Shown here: piece by piece, positions 18,854 to 29,187 of the stretch
Layout: each line of letters starts with the position of its first letter
Numbering within the stretch: position 1 is the first letter of the stretch
Origin: Nitrosopumilus sp.
GTDB taxonomy: Archaea; Thermoproteota; Nitrososphaeria; Nitrososphaerales; Nitrosopumilaceae
Direction of reading: 5' to 3'
DNA length: 64,000 bases
NCBI GenBank assembly: GCA_965224195.1
Contig: OZ245040.1
Location: forward strand, 416,001-480,000
Program-made: the position numbers and the translations under genes
The notes under the pieces: model-generated
What the model saw: only the letters and a program-made list of their open reading frames with translations
What the model was told of the DNA's origin: nothing
Database searches by the model: none

Positions 18854-19459
18854 ATGTTGACCCTCGTTACAAAATCAATCGATATTAAAACACCTGTAGA
18901 GAATGTTTTCACCTACTTTGCAAGACCAGAACATGTTTCTGATCAAATTAAAAATGACACAGTAGGTATGACAGTCGTTCCTATGGACATTAAAGAAGGA
19001 ATGGGTGTTGGTACAACTTTTAGAATTATCGGTGACTTTAGCGGAAAACGTTTAGAGTGGGATTGTGAAACAACTGAATTCATTAGAAATGAGAGAATCA
19101 CTGCCAAGCAAATTAAAGGTCCTTTCAAGAACTGGCAAATTACCAATGAATTCAAAGCATTAGGTAATAATCTTACAAGAGTAACCATGTCAGTAGATTA
19201 TCATATGCCATTTGGTCCTTTAGGAGCAATTTTGGATAAAGCAAAATTTGCAAAATCTGCTGAAAAAGGTATGGAAACCGCTCTATACAACGTTAGAGGA
19301 TTACTAGAAGGAAATGGTTCAATTCCAGTATACATTACACTAGATGCATACCAAAAACTTCTAGCCGAAAAGAAAAAGATGAATGATGTTCCAGTTTCAA
19401 CTGCACTTACTGCAATCATTGAAAAATACAATGAAATTGAAGCTAAAGCACAAAACTAA
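18854..19459 (+). CDS. SRPBCC/START (polyketide cyclase-like) protein with a short C-terminal extension
   Basis: KSIDIKTPVENVF, GVGTTF, GPFKNW, TRVT..VDY..P.G.LG; tail IPVYITLDAYQKLL resembles an RHH-type domain. Confidence 0.8.
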   Translation: MLTLVTKSIDIKTPVENVFTYFARPEHVSDQIKNDTVGMTVVPMDIKEGMGVGTTFRIIGDFSGKRLEWDCETTEFIRNERITAKQIKGPFKNWQITNEFKALGNNLTRVTMSVDYHMPFGPLGAILDKAKFAKSAEKGMETALYNVRGLLEGNGSIPVYITLDAYQKLLAEKKKMNDVPVSTALTAIIEKYNEIEAKAQN

Positions 19460-19518
19460 ATTTTCATTTATTTTAAAATCTTAAGATTAATAACAACTCT
19501 AGGCTTATCTATTTCGGT

Positions 19519-19592
19519 GGGTCTATGGCGCAGCCAGGTAGCGCACCGGACTCTTAATCCGGTTGTCAAGGGTCCGAATCCCTTTAGACCCG
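19519..19592 (+). tRNA. tRNA-Lys(CTT)
   Basis: GGGTCTA..CCGGA-CTCTTAA-TCCGG..AAGGG-TCCGAAT-CCCTT-TAGACCC-G cloverleaf. Confidence 0.92.
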
Positions 19593-19628
19593 CTTTGATT
19601 TTTAAAATAAGATCTTTAGTAAATACAA

Positions 19629-20012
19629 TTATTCATTTATTTTAATTGCTGTGTATTTTTTTGCCAATTCTAGTAATTCATCAACTCCAAGTGGTTTTGA
19701 AATTACTTTGATTAATCCTTCCTTAATTGCTTCTTGACTTTTAGGTTCAAACTCTGAGAAACCTGTAACTATTACGACATTTGCATTTGTATCTATTTCT
19801 TTGATCTGTTTGAATGCTTGATATCCATCTAATATTGGCATGTCTCCATCCATAACTACTAAAGACGGTTTTACATCTATGAATTTTTTAACACCTTCTT
19901 CCCCATTGGATGCAGTTTCGACAATAAACCCATGTAATTCTAAAATCTCTTTGTAGATTCCAATTAAATCTACATCATCTTCTACAACAAGTACTATTCT
20001 ACCCATGCCCAA
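19629..20012 (-). CDS. Single-domain response regulator (CheY-like receiver)
   Basis: VVEDD, VMDGDMPILDG, VTG, SKP. Confidence 0.9.
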   Translation of the reverse strand: MGMGRIVLVVEDDVDLIGIYKEILELHGFIVETASNGEEGVKKFIDVKPSLVVMDGDMPILDGYQAFKQIKEIDTNANVVIVTGFSEFEPKSQEAIKEGLIKVISKPLGVDELLELAKKYTAIKINE

Positions 20013-20183
20013 GTACTATTATCAGATTTTACTATTAAACACTACGTAATTTCTAATTATAACATATGATGAATTAATTATAGATTTAGTCAATGGTTTT
20101 TACGGAAAAATGCAATTGAGATTACTTGAAAGTGTATATTCTCCAAAATTTAAAAATAATATGAAGTTAAGAGGACTATTGAA

Positions 20184-21976
20184 GTGAGTCAAAAAGATAC
20201 AATATTAAAAACCACATTTGATAATAATAAAAAAATTATTATTGGTTTAGTTTTGGTATTAGTTGGTATTACACTAATCTATCAAACAAGACCTTTTCTT
20301 GATGATTCTCAATTTTCTATAATAGCTATTCCTGCATATGCCCTTTTTCCAGGAGTAGTAACTGCATACGCTGCAATTCTTGCAATAAAATTACATAAAC
20401 AGAAAAATTTTGAATCAAAAGGATACCTGATGTTTGCTATAGCAGGCAGCATTTTGGTTTGTTGCAGAACAAATTTGGCAATTATATTATCATGCATGGG
20501 AAGGTGAACCATTTCCATCTGAAGCTGATATTTTTTACATGGCATCTTATCCATTAATAATTGCATTTTTGTTTATTTCACTTAAACCAATAATAAAAAA
20601 AGTTAGTAGGAATGTCTGGTTATTTTCAATAGGTTTAGCTTTCTCATTATTGATCCCATCTGTTTTAGCTGCATATGTTTGAAGAAGAAGCATTACCGAC
20701 AATAATTGCCCTTACATATCCTATTCTAAGTTCAATCGTATTGGTTCCTACAATAGTAGGCATCATGTTTCTTGCAAAACAATCTGCAAGTCTTTCTTGG
20801 ATGTTGATTTTATTCGGATTTATAATATATGGTGTAGCTGATATTTTTTTCCTCTTTATAGAACTTGATGGTACATACTATGATGGACATCCAGTTGATC
20901 TACTGTATCTTTATTGTTACACTCTAATCATTTTTGCTTTTCATATTAGATTAAAACTTGTAAATTCATCTACATCCAAAAATCAAACAATATTTTTTTC
21001 TGAAAATATAAAATTTGAAACTATTACCAAATTTGGAATTCCACTAACTGTGACAATTGTTTGTATGATTATTCTTATTTCTATAACTCATTCAGTTTTT
21101 ATTGAAACTGATACCCAACTCTCAAATCAAAACCTTATGTTAGGAGTTGTTGCAATGTTGGGAGTATTTGCAACAATTGTAATTACTATTAACAAGAATC
21201 TTTCACGTCTGGTGAAAATGAGAACAAATGAATTAATTGAACAACGAGATAACCTTGAAAACCTTGTTGAAGAAAAAACCCATGCAATTTTAAAATCTGA
21301 ACGTCTATCTGCCATTGGAGAATTATCTGGATGTCTTGCACATGATTTGAGAAATCCCTTATCGGTAATGAAAATGTCTATTGATTTGATTAAACAAACT
21401 CCCACAGATTCAAAAATATCTGATACTAATGTAACTAAACGTCTTGATTTGATAGAAAAAAGTATTGATAGAATTTCTCATCAAGTAGATGATGTTTTAG
21501 GATATGTCAGAAATTCCCCTCTTAACTTGACAAATAATTCTTTAAATCAACTTGTACAAAACTCTTTGGACAAAGTAAATGTTCCAGATGATGTAGAAGT
21601 TGTAATGTCAAAAAAAGATATTGCAATTGATTGTGATTCAATTAAACTAGATGCAGTATTTATCAATCTAATTGTTAATTCTATTCAAGCAATGCATGAT
21701 GGAGGAAAAATTGAGATAAAAATCTTTGAGAAAGAGAATATGGCAACACTAGAGTTTATTGATTCAGGAGATGGTGTATCTGATGAAAATATGAATAAAA
21801 TATTTGAACCGTTATTTACAACTAAACAAAAGGGGACTGGTTTAGGTTTGGCAAGCTGTAAAAATATTATAGAACAACATCAAGGAGAAATTAATGTGAC
21901 TAACAATCCTACTACTTTTAGAATCATTATGCCAAAATCAATGTCTACACAAAAAATTAAACTAGAATCAAAATAA
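20184..21976 (+). pseudogene. Membrane sensor histidine kinase with two frameshifts in the N-terminal multi-TM sensor region; kinase part 20675-21976 intact
   Basis: ORF 20184-20507, then a shifted frame AFWFVAEQIW..PFPSEADIFY.., then ORF 20675 with H-box AHDLRNPL, N-box NLIVNS, DSGDG, FEPLFTTK..GTGLGL. Confidence 0.78.
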
Positions 21977-21979
21977 CAA

Positions 21980-22534
21980 CTATAATTTTTTTAATAATGT
22001 AAATCTAGGTTTATCTGGCTCTATATCTTTGTGCATGTCTACATTACTAACAAATCTTATTTTATAGTCTAACCATCTTTTTTGCATATTACGTGATTTT
22101 TGATTTTCGTCAATTTGTTTTTCTATCTCTTCAAATTTTTCACAATTCATAATCCATTTCCCAGAAACTCTAAACATTTCTGCAACTCCTTTTTCTAGTG
22201 TTTCATCATCTAAATAATTCATTAATCCATGAGTGAATACAAAATCTATTGATGAATCCTCAAATGGCAATTTCGATATAGTGCCATTTTTAAAGTTTCC
22301 ATTTGGTACTTTTTCTTTTGCAATATCTAATGCATGATCATTTAGATCAATACCTCCAAATTGAAATGTGTCTGGAAATAGTTTCAAGTCAATCCCTGTT
22401 CCACAACCAATTTCTAATACGCTTGTACAACGTAATGATGTAGCTAAATCTTTTACAAATTTGGCAAATTCTTCATTATATCTTGATTCATTCTCATCTG
22501 AATACTTGTTCCAAAATTCTTTATCATAATTCAT
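21980..22534 (-). CDS. Class I SAM-dependent methyltransferase
   Basis: VLEIGCGTG, GIDLN, LPFEDSSIDFVF. Confidence 0.88.
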   Translation of the reverse strand: MNYDKEFWNKYSDENESRYNEEFAKFVKDLATSLRCTSVLEIGCGTGIDLKLFPDTFQFGGIDLNDHALDIAKEKVPNGNFKNGTISKLPFEDSSIDFVFTHGLMNYLDDETLEKGVAEMFRVSGKWIMNCEKFEEIEKQIDENQKSRNMQKRWLDYKIRFVSNVDMHKDIEPDKPRFTLLKKL

Positions 22535-22572
22535 GGAATTTTTTAAACAAAGCTGTATTTGATACTAATTGT

Positions 22573-22734
22573 TTAATGCTGACATTTGCATGGGATTAGT
22601 TTTGTATCAAATGTACAATCATGTGGACCATCTGATTTTCCTTGCGTAGGAATTTCCTTCATACAGTCCTCATGACGGCCTTTCTTACAAAACCAACAGA
22701 TTTCTTGTGTATCTCCAGTAGAACATGAATCCAT
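22573..22734 (-). CDS. 53-aa Cys/His-rich metal-binding microprotein (not in ORF track)
   Basis: MDSCSTGDTQEICWFCKKGRHEDCMKEIPTQGKSDGPHDCTFDTKLIPCKCQH; fills the gap between ilvE and the methyltransferase in the same orientation. Confidence 0.7.
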   Translation of the reverse strand: MDSCSTGDTQEICWFCKKGRHEDCMKEIPTQGKSDGPHDCTFDTKLIPCKCQH

Positions 22735-22774
22735 AATTTTTAGTTCTCGATGTGGGTAAAAAACTTCATGGAAT

Positions 22775-23689
22775 TTAGATAAATGTTAACCAAGGCAAGA
22801 ATCTTTCATCTTTGCCCATGACTACATCAGTAAATGATTTTTGTAATGCTTTTGTAATGGTGCCCATTTTACCAGTTCCAATTTTCACTTTATCTATCTG
22901 AGTTACTGATTTTACTTCAGCAGCAGTTCCTGTCATGAAAATCTCATCTGCATTATAGAGATCATCACGTTCTAGATCACGTTCAATTACAAATCCACCA
23001 TTCTCTTCAATAATTTGAATAATGCTATCTCTAGTAATCCCTTCTAGTCCTCCTGCTGAAAGTGGAGGAGTTTGAATAATGTCATCTTTAATTATGAAAA
23101 TATTTTCAGCACTACCTTCTGCAACTTTACCATGATAATTTAACATGATTGCTTCATCATATCCATTCTCTAATGCTTCCATTCTTGCAAGAGCTGCATT
23201 TGCATAGTTTGATGCAGCTTTTGCTTGCATTGGTTGAGATCTTGAATCAATTTTAGTCCAACTAGATACTTTACATTTTGCTCCAGAAAACTTCCCTGCT
23301 TTTGATTCTCCCATCTTCCATTCCCAACATGAAATTGAAACATCTACTTTGTTAGTAGTAGGAGTTAATCCCATTGTTCCGTATCCGTAATATGCTAATG
23401 GTCTAATGTATGATTCTTTGAGTCCTCCAGATTGTACAGTTTTTACAATTGCATCAGAAATTATTTTTTTTGAAAATTGCATTTTCATTGAATATAATTT
23501 TGCAGATTTGAAAAACCTATCAACATGTTCTGGTAATCTGAAAATTACTGATCCATTTGGAGTGTTATAGCATCTAATTCCTTCAAAAATTGATGTTGAA
23601 TAATGTAATGCATGAGTTAAAACGTGAACTTTGGCGTCTTTGAATGGTACCAATTTTCCATTCATCCATATTTTACCAATCTCTTTCAT
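22775..23689 (-). CDS. ilvE: Branched-chain amino acid aminotransferase
   Basis: HALHYSTSIFEGIR, AKAASNY, EGSAENIF, LEGITR, GTAAEV. Confidence 0.93.
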   Translation of the reverse strand: MKEIGKIWMNGKLVPFKDAKVHVLTHALHYSTSIFEGIRCYNTPNGSVIFRLPEHVDRFFKSAKLYSMKMQFSKKIISDAIVKTVQSGGLKESYIRPLAYYGYGTMGLTPTTNKVDVSISCWEWKMGESKAGKFSGAKCKVSSWTKIDSRSQPMQAKAASNYANAALARMEALENGYDEAIMLNYHGKVAEGSAENIFIIKDDIIQTPPLSAGGLEGITRDSIIQIIEENGGFVIERDLERDDLYNADEIFMTGTAAEVKSVTQIDKVKIGTGKMGTITKALQKSFTDVVMGKDERFLPWLTFI

Positions 23690-23785
23690 AGGAGAGCAAA
23701 AAATCTATGCTAATTTAAAGAATTATTTTTCTTACTAATTTTGAACCATCTTAAACTACATATCTGATTAGTCGTAAATTCTATC

Positions 23786-23992
23786 ATGGAATGGACTTTG
23801 GGCTTTGTTGGAATAATTTTTCTTATAACAGGCTTGGTTGGTCAGGCATTTGAAATGAGAAAAATTAGATTAACCACATACAAAGATGAAGATTTAGGCT
23901 CGGTAAATATTTTCATGAATAAGAGAAACTACAAGTGGTATGCCTTGTTGGGTGTTGGTATAGTTCTTTGGTACATAGCTGAGCGTATGTGA
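23786..23992 (+). CDS. Small membrane protein (68 aa)
   Basis: Two hydrophobic segments; ATG preceded by a TATA-like element. Confidence 0.6.
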   Translation: MEWTLGFVGIIFLITGLVGQAFEMRKIRLTTYKDEDLGSVNIFMNKRNYKWYALLGVGIVLWYIAERM

Positions 23993-24043
23993 ACAGATCT
24001 ATATAGATCAGGTCTAAATACTAGAAACTTCAAGTAATAATAT

Positions 24044-24140
24044 CGCGTGTTTTGGGTAACGCCGGACTAAGTCTAGATAACGGTCCAAGAACAAACCCAT
24101 GATGGCGGTTTACAGGAGAAATCCCGTAACGCCACTCTTT
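24044..24140. ncRNA. Candidate structured small RNA
   Basis: GC-enriched intergenic stretch; hairpin TGGCG-gt-TTAC-a-GGA-GAAA-TCC-c-GTAA-CGCCA (24103-24134) and an upstream stem TGTTTTGG/CCAAGAACA. Confidence 0.4.
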
Positions 24141-24143
24141 TCA

Positions 24144-25559
24144 TTAAATAAAATTAATTTTTGAAATCTCTTGGTGGATTGCTTTGATAGCTTTTGTAAT
24201 ATTACCTTGCGTATCTTCTACAACAATAATTATTCGTGATGTTTCTTCTTGTGCATCCATGTTCAAAATATTTAATCCTGACTCACCGATCTTTGCACTA
24301 GTTCTAGAAGCTACTTGTTGAACTCTCCACATCTCATCTCCAATTAGTGTGATTACTCCTCTGTTGTATGTAATAGTGGCAAGTGAATCAAATCCTAAAA
24401 GATATTTCTCATTTCTTTTAACATAATCACCATCTAAAAATAATATTCTAGAAAATTCTATTTCATCCTTTGTAAATGGTGATAAAATGATAAATTCACT
24501 ATAATGTTTGTCTTTTTCTAATGATGTCAATAGTTTTTGAATACAACTTGTTTCAATTCTGAAAATAGCACAATTCTCTTTTCCTGTAACTATTTTAATT
24601 GGATGTCCTTTCTGTTCTTCTAAATTTCTTTTAATTGTTGTAATTTTTTCTGGATTTTTCATGTTAGTAATTGTGATTGGCATGTCTACCCCATTTTCTA
24701 CAATCTCTTTTATGGCAATTGGATCTAAGATTTTCATTCCAAACATTCCTGCTAGTCTTGCTTCATTGTAAGATAACTGAATAACTTTACTCAATTCTGA
24801 ATCTACAATTTTTGGATCAGCTGAAACTACTGCACTATCTTTCTCAAAGTCTATACTGGTTTCGTATTTTTTATGAAATAATATTCCAAGATCTGCTGCA
24901 GTTCTATCAGATCCACCTCGCTCATATGTGGTAATCACACCCTCTACTGTTTTTCCAATAAATCCCCCAATGGCAACTACCTCGTTATTCTCTACTAATT
25001 TTGCAGTAATGTTCATTTTTTCTCTAGATTCTGCAGTGAGAAAATTTGTAAATTCAATATTATTATCAGTAATAATCGGCCAATCATCAAATCCTACTGC
25101 CTCAGCTTTGATATTGTTACTTCTCAAAATATGATTCATCACATGTGCCATCAAAATCTCTCCTGAAAATGCCAAAGCTTGAGATCTTATTTCATTTGCA
25201 AATTCCTTGTTTTTCAAAGCCTCATCTAATGCGTTTTGGGCTTTATCTAGATGAAAATCAATTGTTTTTTTACAATTCTCCTTATTTTTATCATCAACTA
25301 ACTCTAGAATTTTTTGATATGTTGTTTTTACAATATCTAATGACGGTGTAATTCCATTCTCTGCATTTTTTCCTTGCTCTAAAACTACATCAGTTAGTGA
25401 ACGTTTTTTTTCATTGTATATTGTCAGTGGGGCTGAAAAAACTGCAACCACTTTGGAATCTGTTTTCAAATTTATAATTCTCTGAATAATTTTTGGAATT
25501 GTTTCACCGTTTGGACCAATTGCACTACCACCAAATTTAGCAACTACTAGTCTAGTCAT
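24144..25559 (-). CDS. lysC: Aspartate kinase
   Basis: VAKFGGS, SGE, GFIG..TTYERGGSDRTA, SADPK, LSYNEA; C-terminal ACT-like domain. Confidence 0.88.
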   Translation of the reverse strand: MTRLVVAKFGGSAIGPNGETIPKIIQRIINLKTDSKVVAVFSAPLTIYNEKKRSLTDVVLEQGKNAENGITPSLDIVKTTYQKILELVDDKNKENCKKTIDFHLDKAQNALDEALKNKEFANEIRSQALAFSGEILMAHVMNHILRSNNIKAEAVGFDDWPIITDNNIEFTNFLTAESREKMNITAKLVENNEVVAIGGFIGKTVEGVITTYERGGSDRTAADLGILFHKKYETSIDFEKDSAVVSADPKIVDSELSKVIQLSYNEARLAGMFGMKILDPIAIKEIVENGVDMPITITNMKNPEKITTIKRNLEEQKGHPIKIVTGKENCAIFRIETSCIQKLLTSLEKDKHYSEFIILSPFTKDEIEFSRILFLDGDYVKRNEKYLLGFDSLATITYNRGVITLIGDEMWRVQQVASRTSAKIGESGLNILNMDAQEETSRIIIVVEDTQGNITKAIKAIHQEISKINFI

Positions 25560-25589
25560 AGTACTTTATCAAATCGAATTTGCCTTCTA

Positions 25590-26621
25590 TTAAGCATTTG
25601 ATTGATAATTCATCAATTTCAGAATAATCTCTGATGCAACTTTGGCACCATCTGTATTTACTTGATTTCTTTTTTGTTCTAGTTTTTGTTTAATTAATTC
25701 TTCTAATCTGTTAATGTCTTCAAATTCAAATCCTTGTTCTTTTGCGTTATCTTCTTGTTCAAAATGTCCTTTTATGGGAATGAAAATTGCAGGTGTTCCA
25801 TATGCATTAGCTTCATCTATGGTTGATTTTCCAGCTAATGAAATAATCATATCTGCTGCAAAAATTATTTCATGCAAATTATCTACAAATCCTAAATTTC
25901 TAACACTTTCAAATTTTTTATTTATCGCTGGTCCTGAAACTAGAACTATTTCTATATCTTGATTAATTTTTGAAAGAACTTGTAATGCTTTTTCAATGAG
26001 AAATAATCCTGCATCTGTTCCACCTATGGATATTACTATGGTACTTTTTTCAAATGAAAATTTTTTTCTTAATTCTTCTCTGGTATAGTTTGTTTCTCTT
26101 ACTATTGGTCCAACTCTTTTGATATTACCTTCATCATCTCCATTTTCAGGAAAAATTACTATATCGCATTTTTTAATTATTTCTAGCATCGACTTGTTCA
26201 TCTTTTTTTCAATAAATGATGCAATTCCTTTAGTGAAATGAGTTTCTAAAACATCTGTAACTAGAACTGTTGGTATTTTCATTTCTTGTGCAACAGTTAA
26301 TGATGCAAAATCCTCATCACTGATAACTAAATTTGGTTTATCTTTCTGAAGAATTTTTTCTGAAATATTTTTGCAATCTCTATAGTATTGATAATAATTC
26401 CATAACCATTTTGCTGGATTCTTTAGTGTTCCATTTTCAATAATAAATGAAGGCGGATTGTATGCATCTTGTACATTATAATCTAAATTTTTTAGAATTT
26501 TAGCAGCTCCGCTACCTGTGACAAAATTAGTTGAGATATTTTTAAAATTATTTACAATTGCTATATCTCGAGTAACATGACCTAATCCAATTGGACTGGA
26601 AAAAAAACTAAAAGCATTCAT
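25590..26621 (-). CDS. GT-B glycosyltransferase (MurG/GT28-like)
   Basis: GLGHVTR, ISIGGT, AGKSTIDEA..GTP..IP..HFEQ..NA. Confidence 0.82.
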   Translation of the reverse strand: MNAFSFFSSPIGLGHVTRDIAIVNNFKNISTNFVTGSGAAKILKNLDYNVQDAYNPPSFIIENGTLKNPAKWLWNYYQYYRDCKNISEKILQKDKPNLVISDEDFASLTVAQEMKIPTVLVTDVLETHFTKGIASFIEKKMNKSMLEIIKKCDIVIFPENGDDEGNIKRVGPIVRETNYTREELRKKFSFEKSTIVISIGGTDAGLFLIEKALQVLSKINQDIEIVLVSGPAINKKFESVRNLGFVDNLHEIIFAADMIISLAGKSTIDEANAYGTPAIFIPIKGHFEQEDNAKEQGFEFEDINRLEELIKQKLEQKRNQVNTDGAKVASEIILKLMNYQSNA

Positions 26622-26700
26622 GATTTTGTTGATTTTTTATCAAATCTCTAGATTTTCTCCTGTCTCAAAGTTTAAATGGATTTTAACAAGGTAGGTTTCT

Positions 26701-26775
26701 GGGCTCATAGTCCAGGTCGGTTATGACGTCGCCCTTACACGGCGAAAATCCGGGGTTCAAATCCCCGTGGGCCCA
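26701..26775 (+). tRNA. tRNA-Val(TAC)
   Basis: GGGCTCA..TCGCC-CTTACAC-GGCGA..CGGGG-TTCAAAT-CCCCG-TGGGCCC-A. Confidence 0.95.
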
Positions 26776-26839
26776 CCTTTCTGAGGGGTTTATCTATTAT
26801 TCGGAGGTCAAATTAGTCATGCCACAAAAGCTATCCACT

Positions 26840-27908
26840 AGATGAGTTGCGTAATTACAAACAAAAATCTAACTTTTCTGTCATTTAATTCTTAATTTTA
26901 TGGAATTGCAATGAATTCTTCTTTCCATTTAATCTTGAAATTGACAGTCCCACAAACAATTTCACTTGTCACATCATATCTGCATAATTTGTTTCTAAAC
27001 ACATCGCGATTTATCCGAAATTGCCTGACTTGTGCAATAGCATGTTCAACTTTTATTCTAATTTTTGACTGCATCTTGTTCCACTCCTTTTGAGTAACAG
27101 TCAATTTTTTTCCTTTCTTTTTCTTGCATGGCAAAACACTTGCCTGTTCTGGAAAGTCTTTTTCCATCCCCAAACATCCAAGATCATAAGACTGCGACAA
27201 CCCTTCAGATAATGTTGGATGCTTTGATTTGTAAATTCTGTAATCATGATGGCTGCCAGGCGAATGTGCAGATTTGTGGATTGTTATCCCATCAAGATTT
27301 ATGGCGATTTGATTTTGTACTGCATGTTTTTTCTTTTTGCCTGAATGGTGTGTCTTTCTTTTCTTTTTGTTTTTTGGTCTTGGGATGGGCTGTTATGTGC
27401 CATCAGTGATTGCAATTAATTCCGGAAAGAATTCTTGCAATTCCTGCATGCTGTTAATCTTTTTTGAATCTGCATATTTTTTGGCAGGAATTATAATGGA
27501 TTGCTTCACTGCAGGCTCCAAACATCTGATGTTTCTCATTACGTTTGGTTTGTCCAAATCAAATGTCATCCCTGGCATATCATATGTTGTGTACATTCTG
27601 TAGTACATGAAAAACATTAGAATTCTGCCTTTGAAGGACAAGTCAAACTTGTGTCCTGCACCAATGTCTCTTTCTCTATTTTTGGACAATCCCTTTTGTT
27701 CTGCAGTTTTGCAATTTTTCTTTATTTCTTTGTATAGGGAATCAAACTGTGGAACAGTTAGTCCTGCTATTGACAGGAATTGTTTTGGTTTTTTTGCCAG
27801 TTTTGCGTAATTAAACATGAATTGAAAATAATTCAGTCTTAGCTTTGGATCTTATGATTAGAAAATGTTGAGATTATGCTCAAATTGGACTAGTTGCACA
27901 ACTCATCT
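26840..27908 (-). mobile_element. IS5-family element (ISL2/DDE_Tnp_4-like), inactivated
   Basis: Imperfect TIRs AGATGAGTTGCGTAATTA (26840-26857) and the reverse complement AGATGAGTTGTGCAACTA (27891-27908) around a transposase pseudogene. Confidence 0.75.
26898..27818 (-). pseudogene. IS5/ISL2-type transposase with an in-frame nonsense codon
   Basis: ORFs 27393-27818 and 26898-27200 are in one frame, broken by TAA at 27393-27395 (ITDGT*QPIPRP); remaining motifs SGKK..H, YDLG, RIKVEHAI. Confidence 0.85.
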
Positions 27909-28190
27909 TTTATTGTAAGCTAACTTTTCCAAATTTTCATCCAAAACTGCCCTATAGTATTGGAATAAACCCATAGTTTTAGGAGATATAAAATTTGCAA
28001 GGAATACCCTTTCATCGGAATCTTTTTCAGTTTTAATAATATTTTGGGTTTGTAACTTAGCTAGAATATCTTTAACATTATTACGAGGTAAATTAGTAAT
28101 ATCATATACGTCTTCTACAGATAAAGGAATTTCATAATTTGAAAGAAAGCAATCGATAACACGAAATGGTTGTGATGATGCATCAATACT
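27903..28190 (-). pseudogene. 5'-truncated winged-helix-like protein fragment between two IS elements
   Basis: PLSVEDVYDITNLPRNNVKDILAKLQTQNII wHTH pattern; the predicted start lies in the TIR of the next IS and the stop in the TIR of the previous IS. Confidence 0.55.
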
Positions 28191-29187
28191 TACTCTGTCA
28201 AACAAATCATTTCCAACTAATAATTAATTTCATTTCCTTCAAACACTTGCAAATAGATTATACAGCTCGACTTTTAATTCCAATTCCTTTATCATGTATT
28301 TTCTCTTATGAGCCATGACATACTCACCAAACATCCTTTTGAATGTAGAAAAGACACACTCTACAATCCATCTATCCCCATAGCTAACGCTGCGCTTCCA
28401 CAAATTCAAATTATACATTTGAGCCAAAACTGATTTCTTTCTCAGATAACATTTTGTTTTGAGAGATGATGTCTTTCTTGCTTTAACTGCAGGCAGTGCA
28501 TCTGTATTGTGATACAGATATGAAAAGTTGTTTTCTGAATCATATGCACCATCAGCTAGAGCCTTGGTTACATTTCCTTTTTGTGATGCCTGCTGTACCA
28601 GTTCTGGCAGATGTGCAGGCATCATGGGATGAATTATCTGTGATTTTCAATGATACTATTTTCTTTGATTTCACATCTGCACCAACATGGATTTTTAGAA
28701 ACCCTCTCCTCATGTGCCATTTCTGCCTCATCCATTCACCTCTGTTTGCAACCTTGATTCCTGTACTGTCAATTGCTAAAATGATTTCGTTGTTATCTCC
28801 AATGGAATTATCAATTTTGATGTCAAGCTTGTTTATTCTCTTGTGGACTGATGTGAAATCAGGAACTGCTGGAATTCTATTACAATATGCACGAATTATT
28901 CCTTTCTGTTTGTCTGAATGGCAGTCCAAAATAGATTCTCGCATAACCCAATAATTTCATGAATGAATCAGGACAGCCTGGACTTTCTACCTCTTTTGTT
29001 GTGATTCATGACCTCCAGTTCCTTATGCCAGTTCTCAATGACATCAAATGACATGATGATCTTCACCCCTTCTGACTAGTTTTTCATTGTATTGACTCCA
29101 GTTAACCATGAAAATAATCAGAATGTGAGATCCAAAGCTATTGTGGTGTAATGATATTGATCAGATTGTTATTTGTTCGACAAAGTA
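28191..29187 (-). mobile_element. IS5-family element (IS903-group-like), decayed, no target duplication
   Basis: TIRs TACTCTGTCAAACAAAT (28191-28207) and reverse complement TACTTTGTCGAACAAAT (29171-29187), similar to IS903 ends; the flanks differ. Confidence 0.8.
28239..29109 (-). pseudogene. IS5/IS903-group transposase with multiple frameshifts
   Basis: MVNWSQYNEKLVRRGE start, PDFTSV, AIDSTGIKV..GEW..KW..FLKIH, ADGAYD, YGDRWIVECVFSTFKRMFG spread over several frames. Confidence 0.87.

Noticed and set aside
27393-27395. Programmed readthrough in the ISL2-like transposase
   Set aside because: TAA replaces a conserved Glu codon by a single substitution and the protein shows other decay; a nonsense mutation is the simpler explanation
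29141-29187. Start of the 144-aa ORF as an independent gene
   Set aside because: Its first ~16 codons are IS end sequence fused by chance to the S-layer fragment
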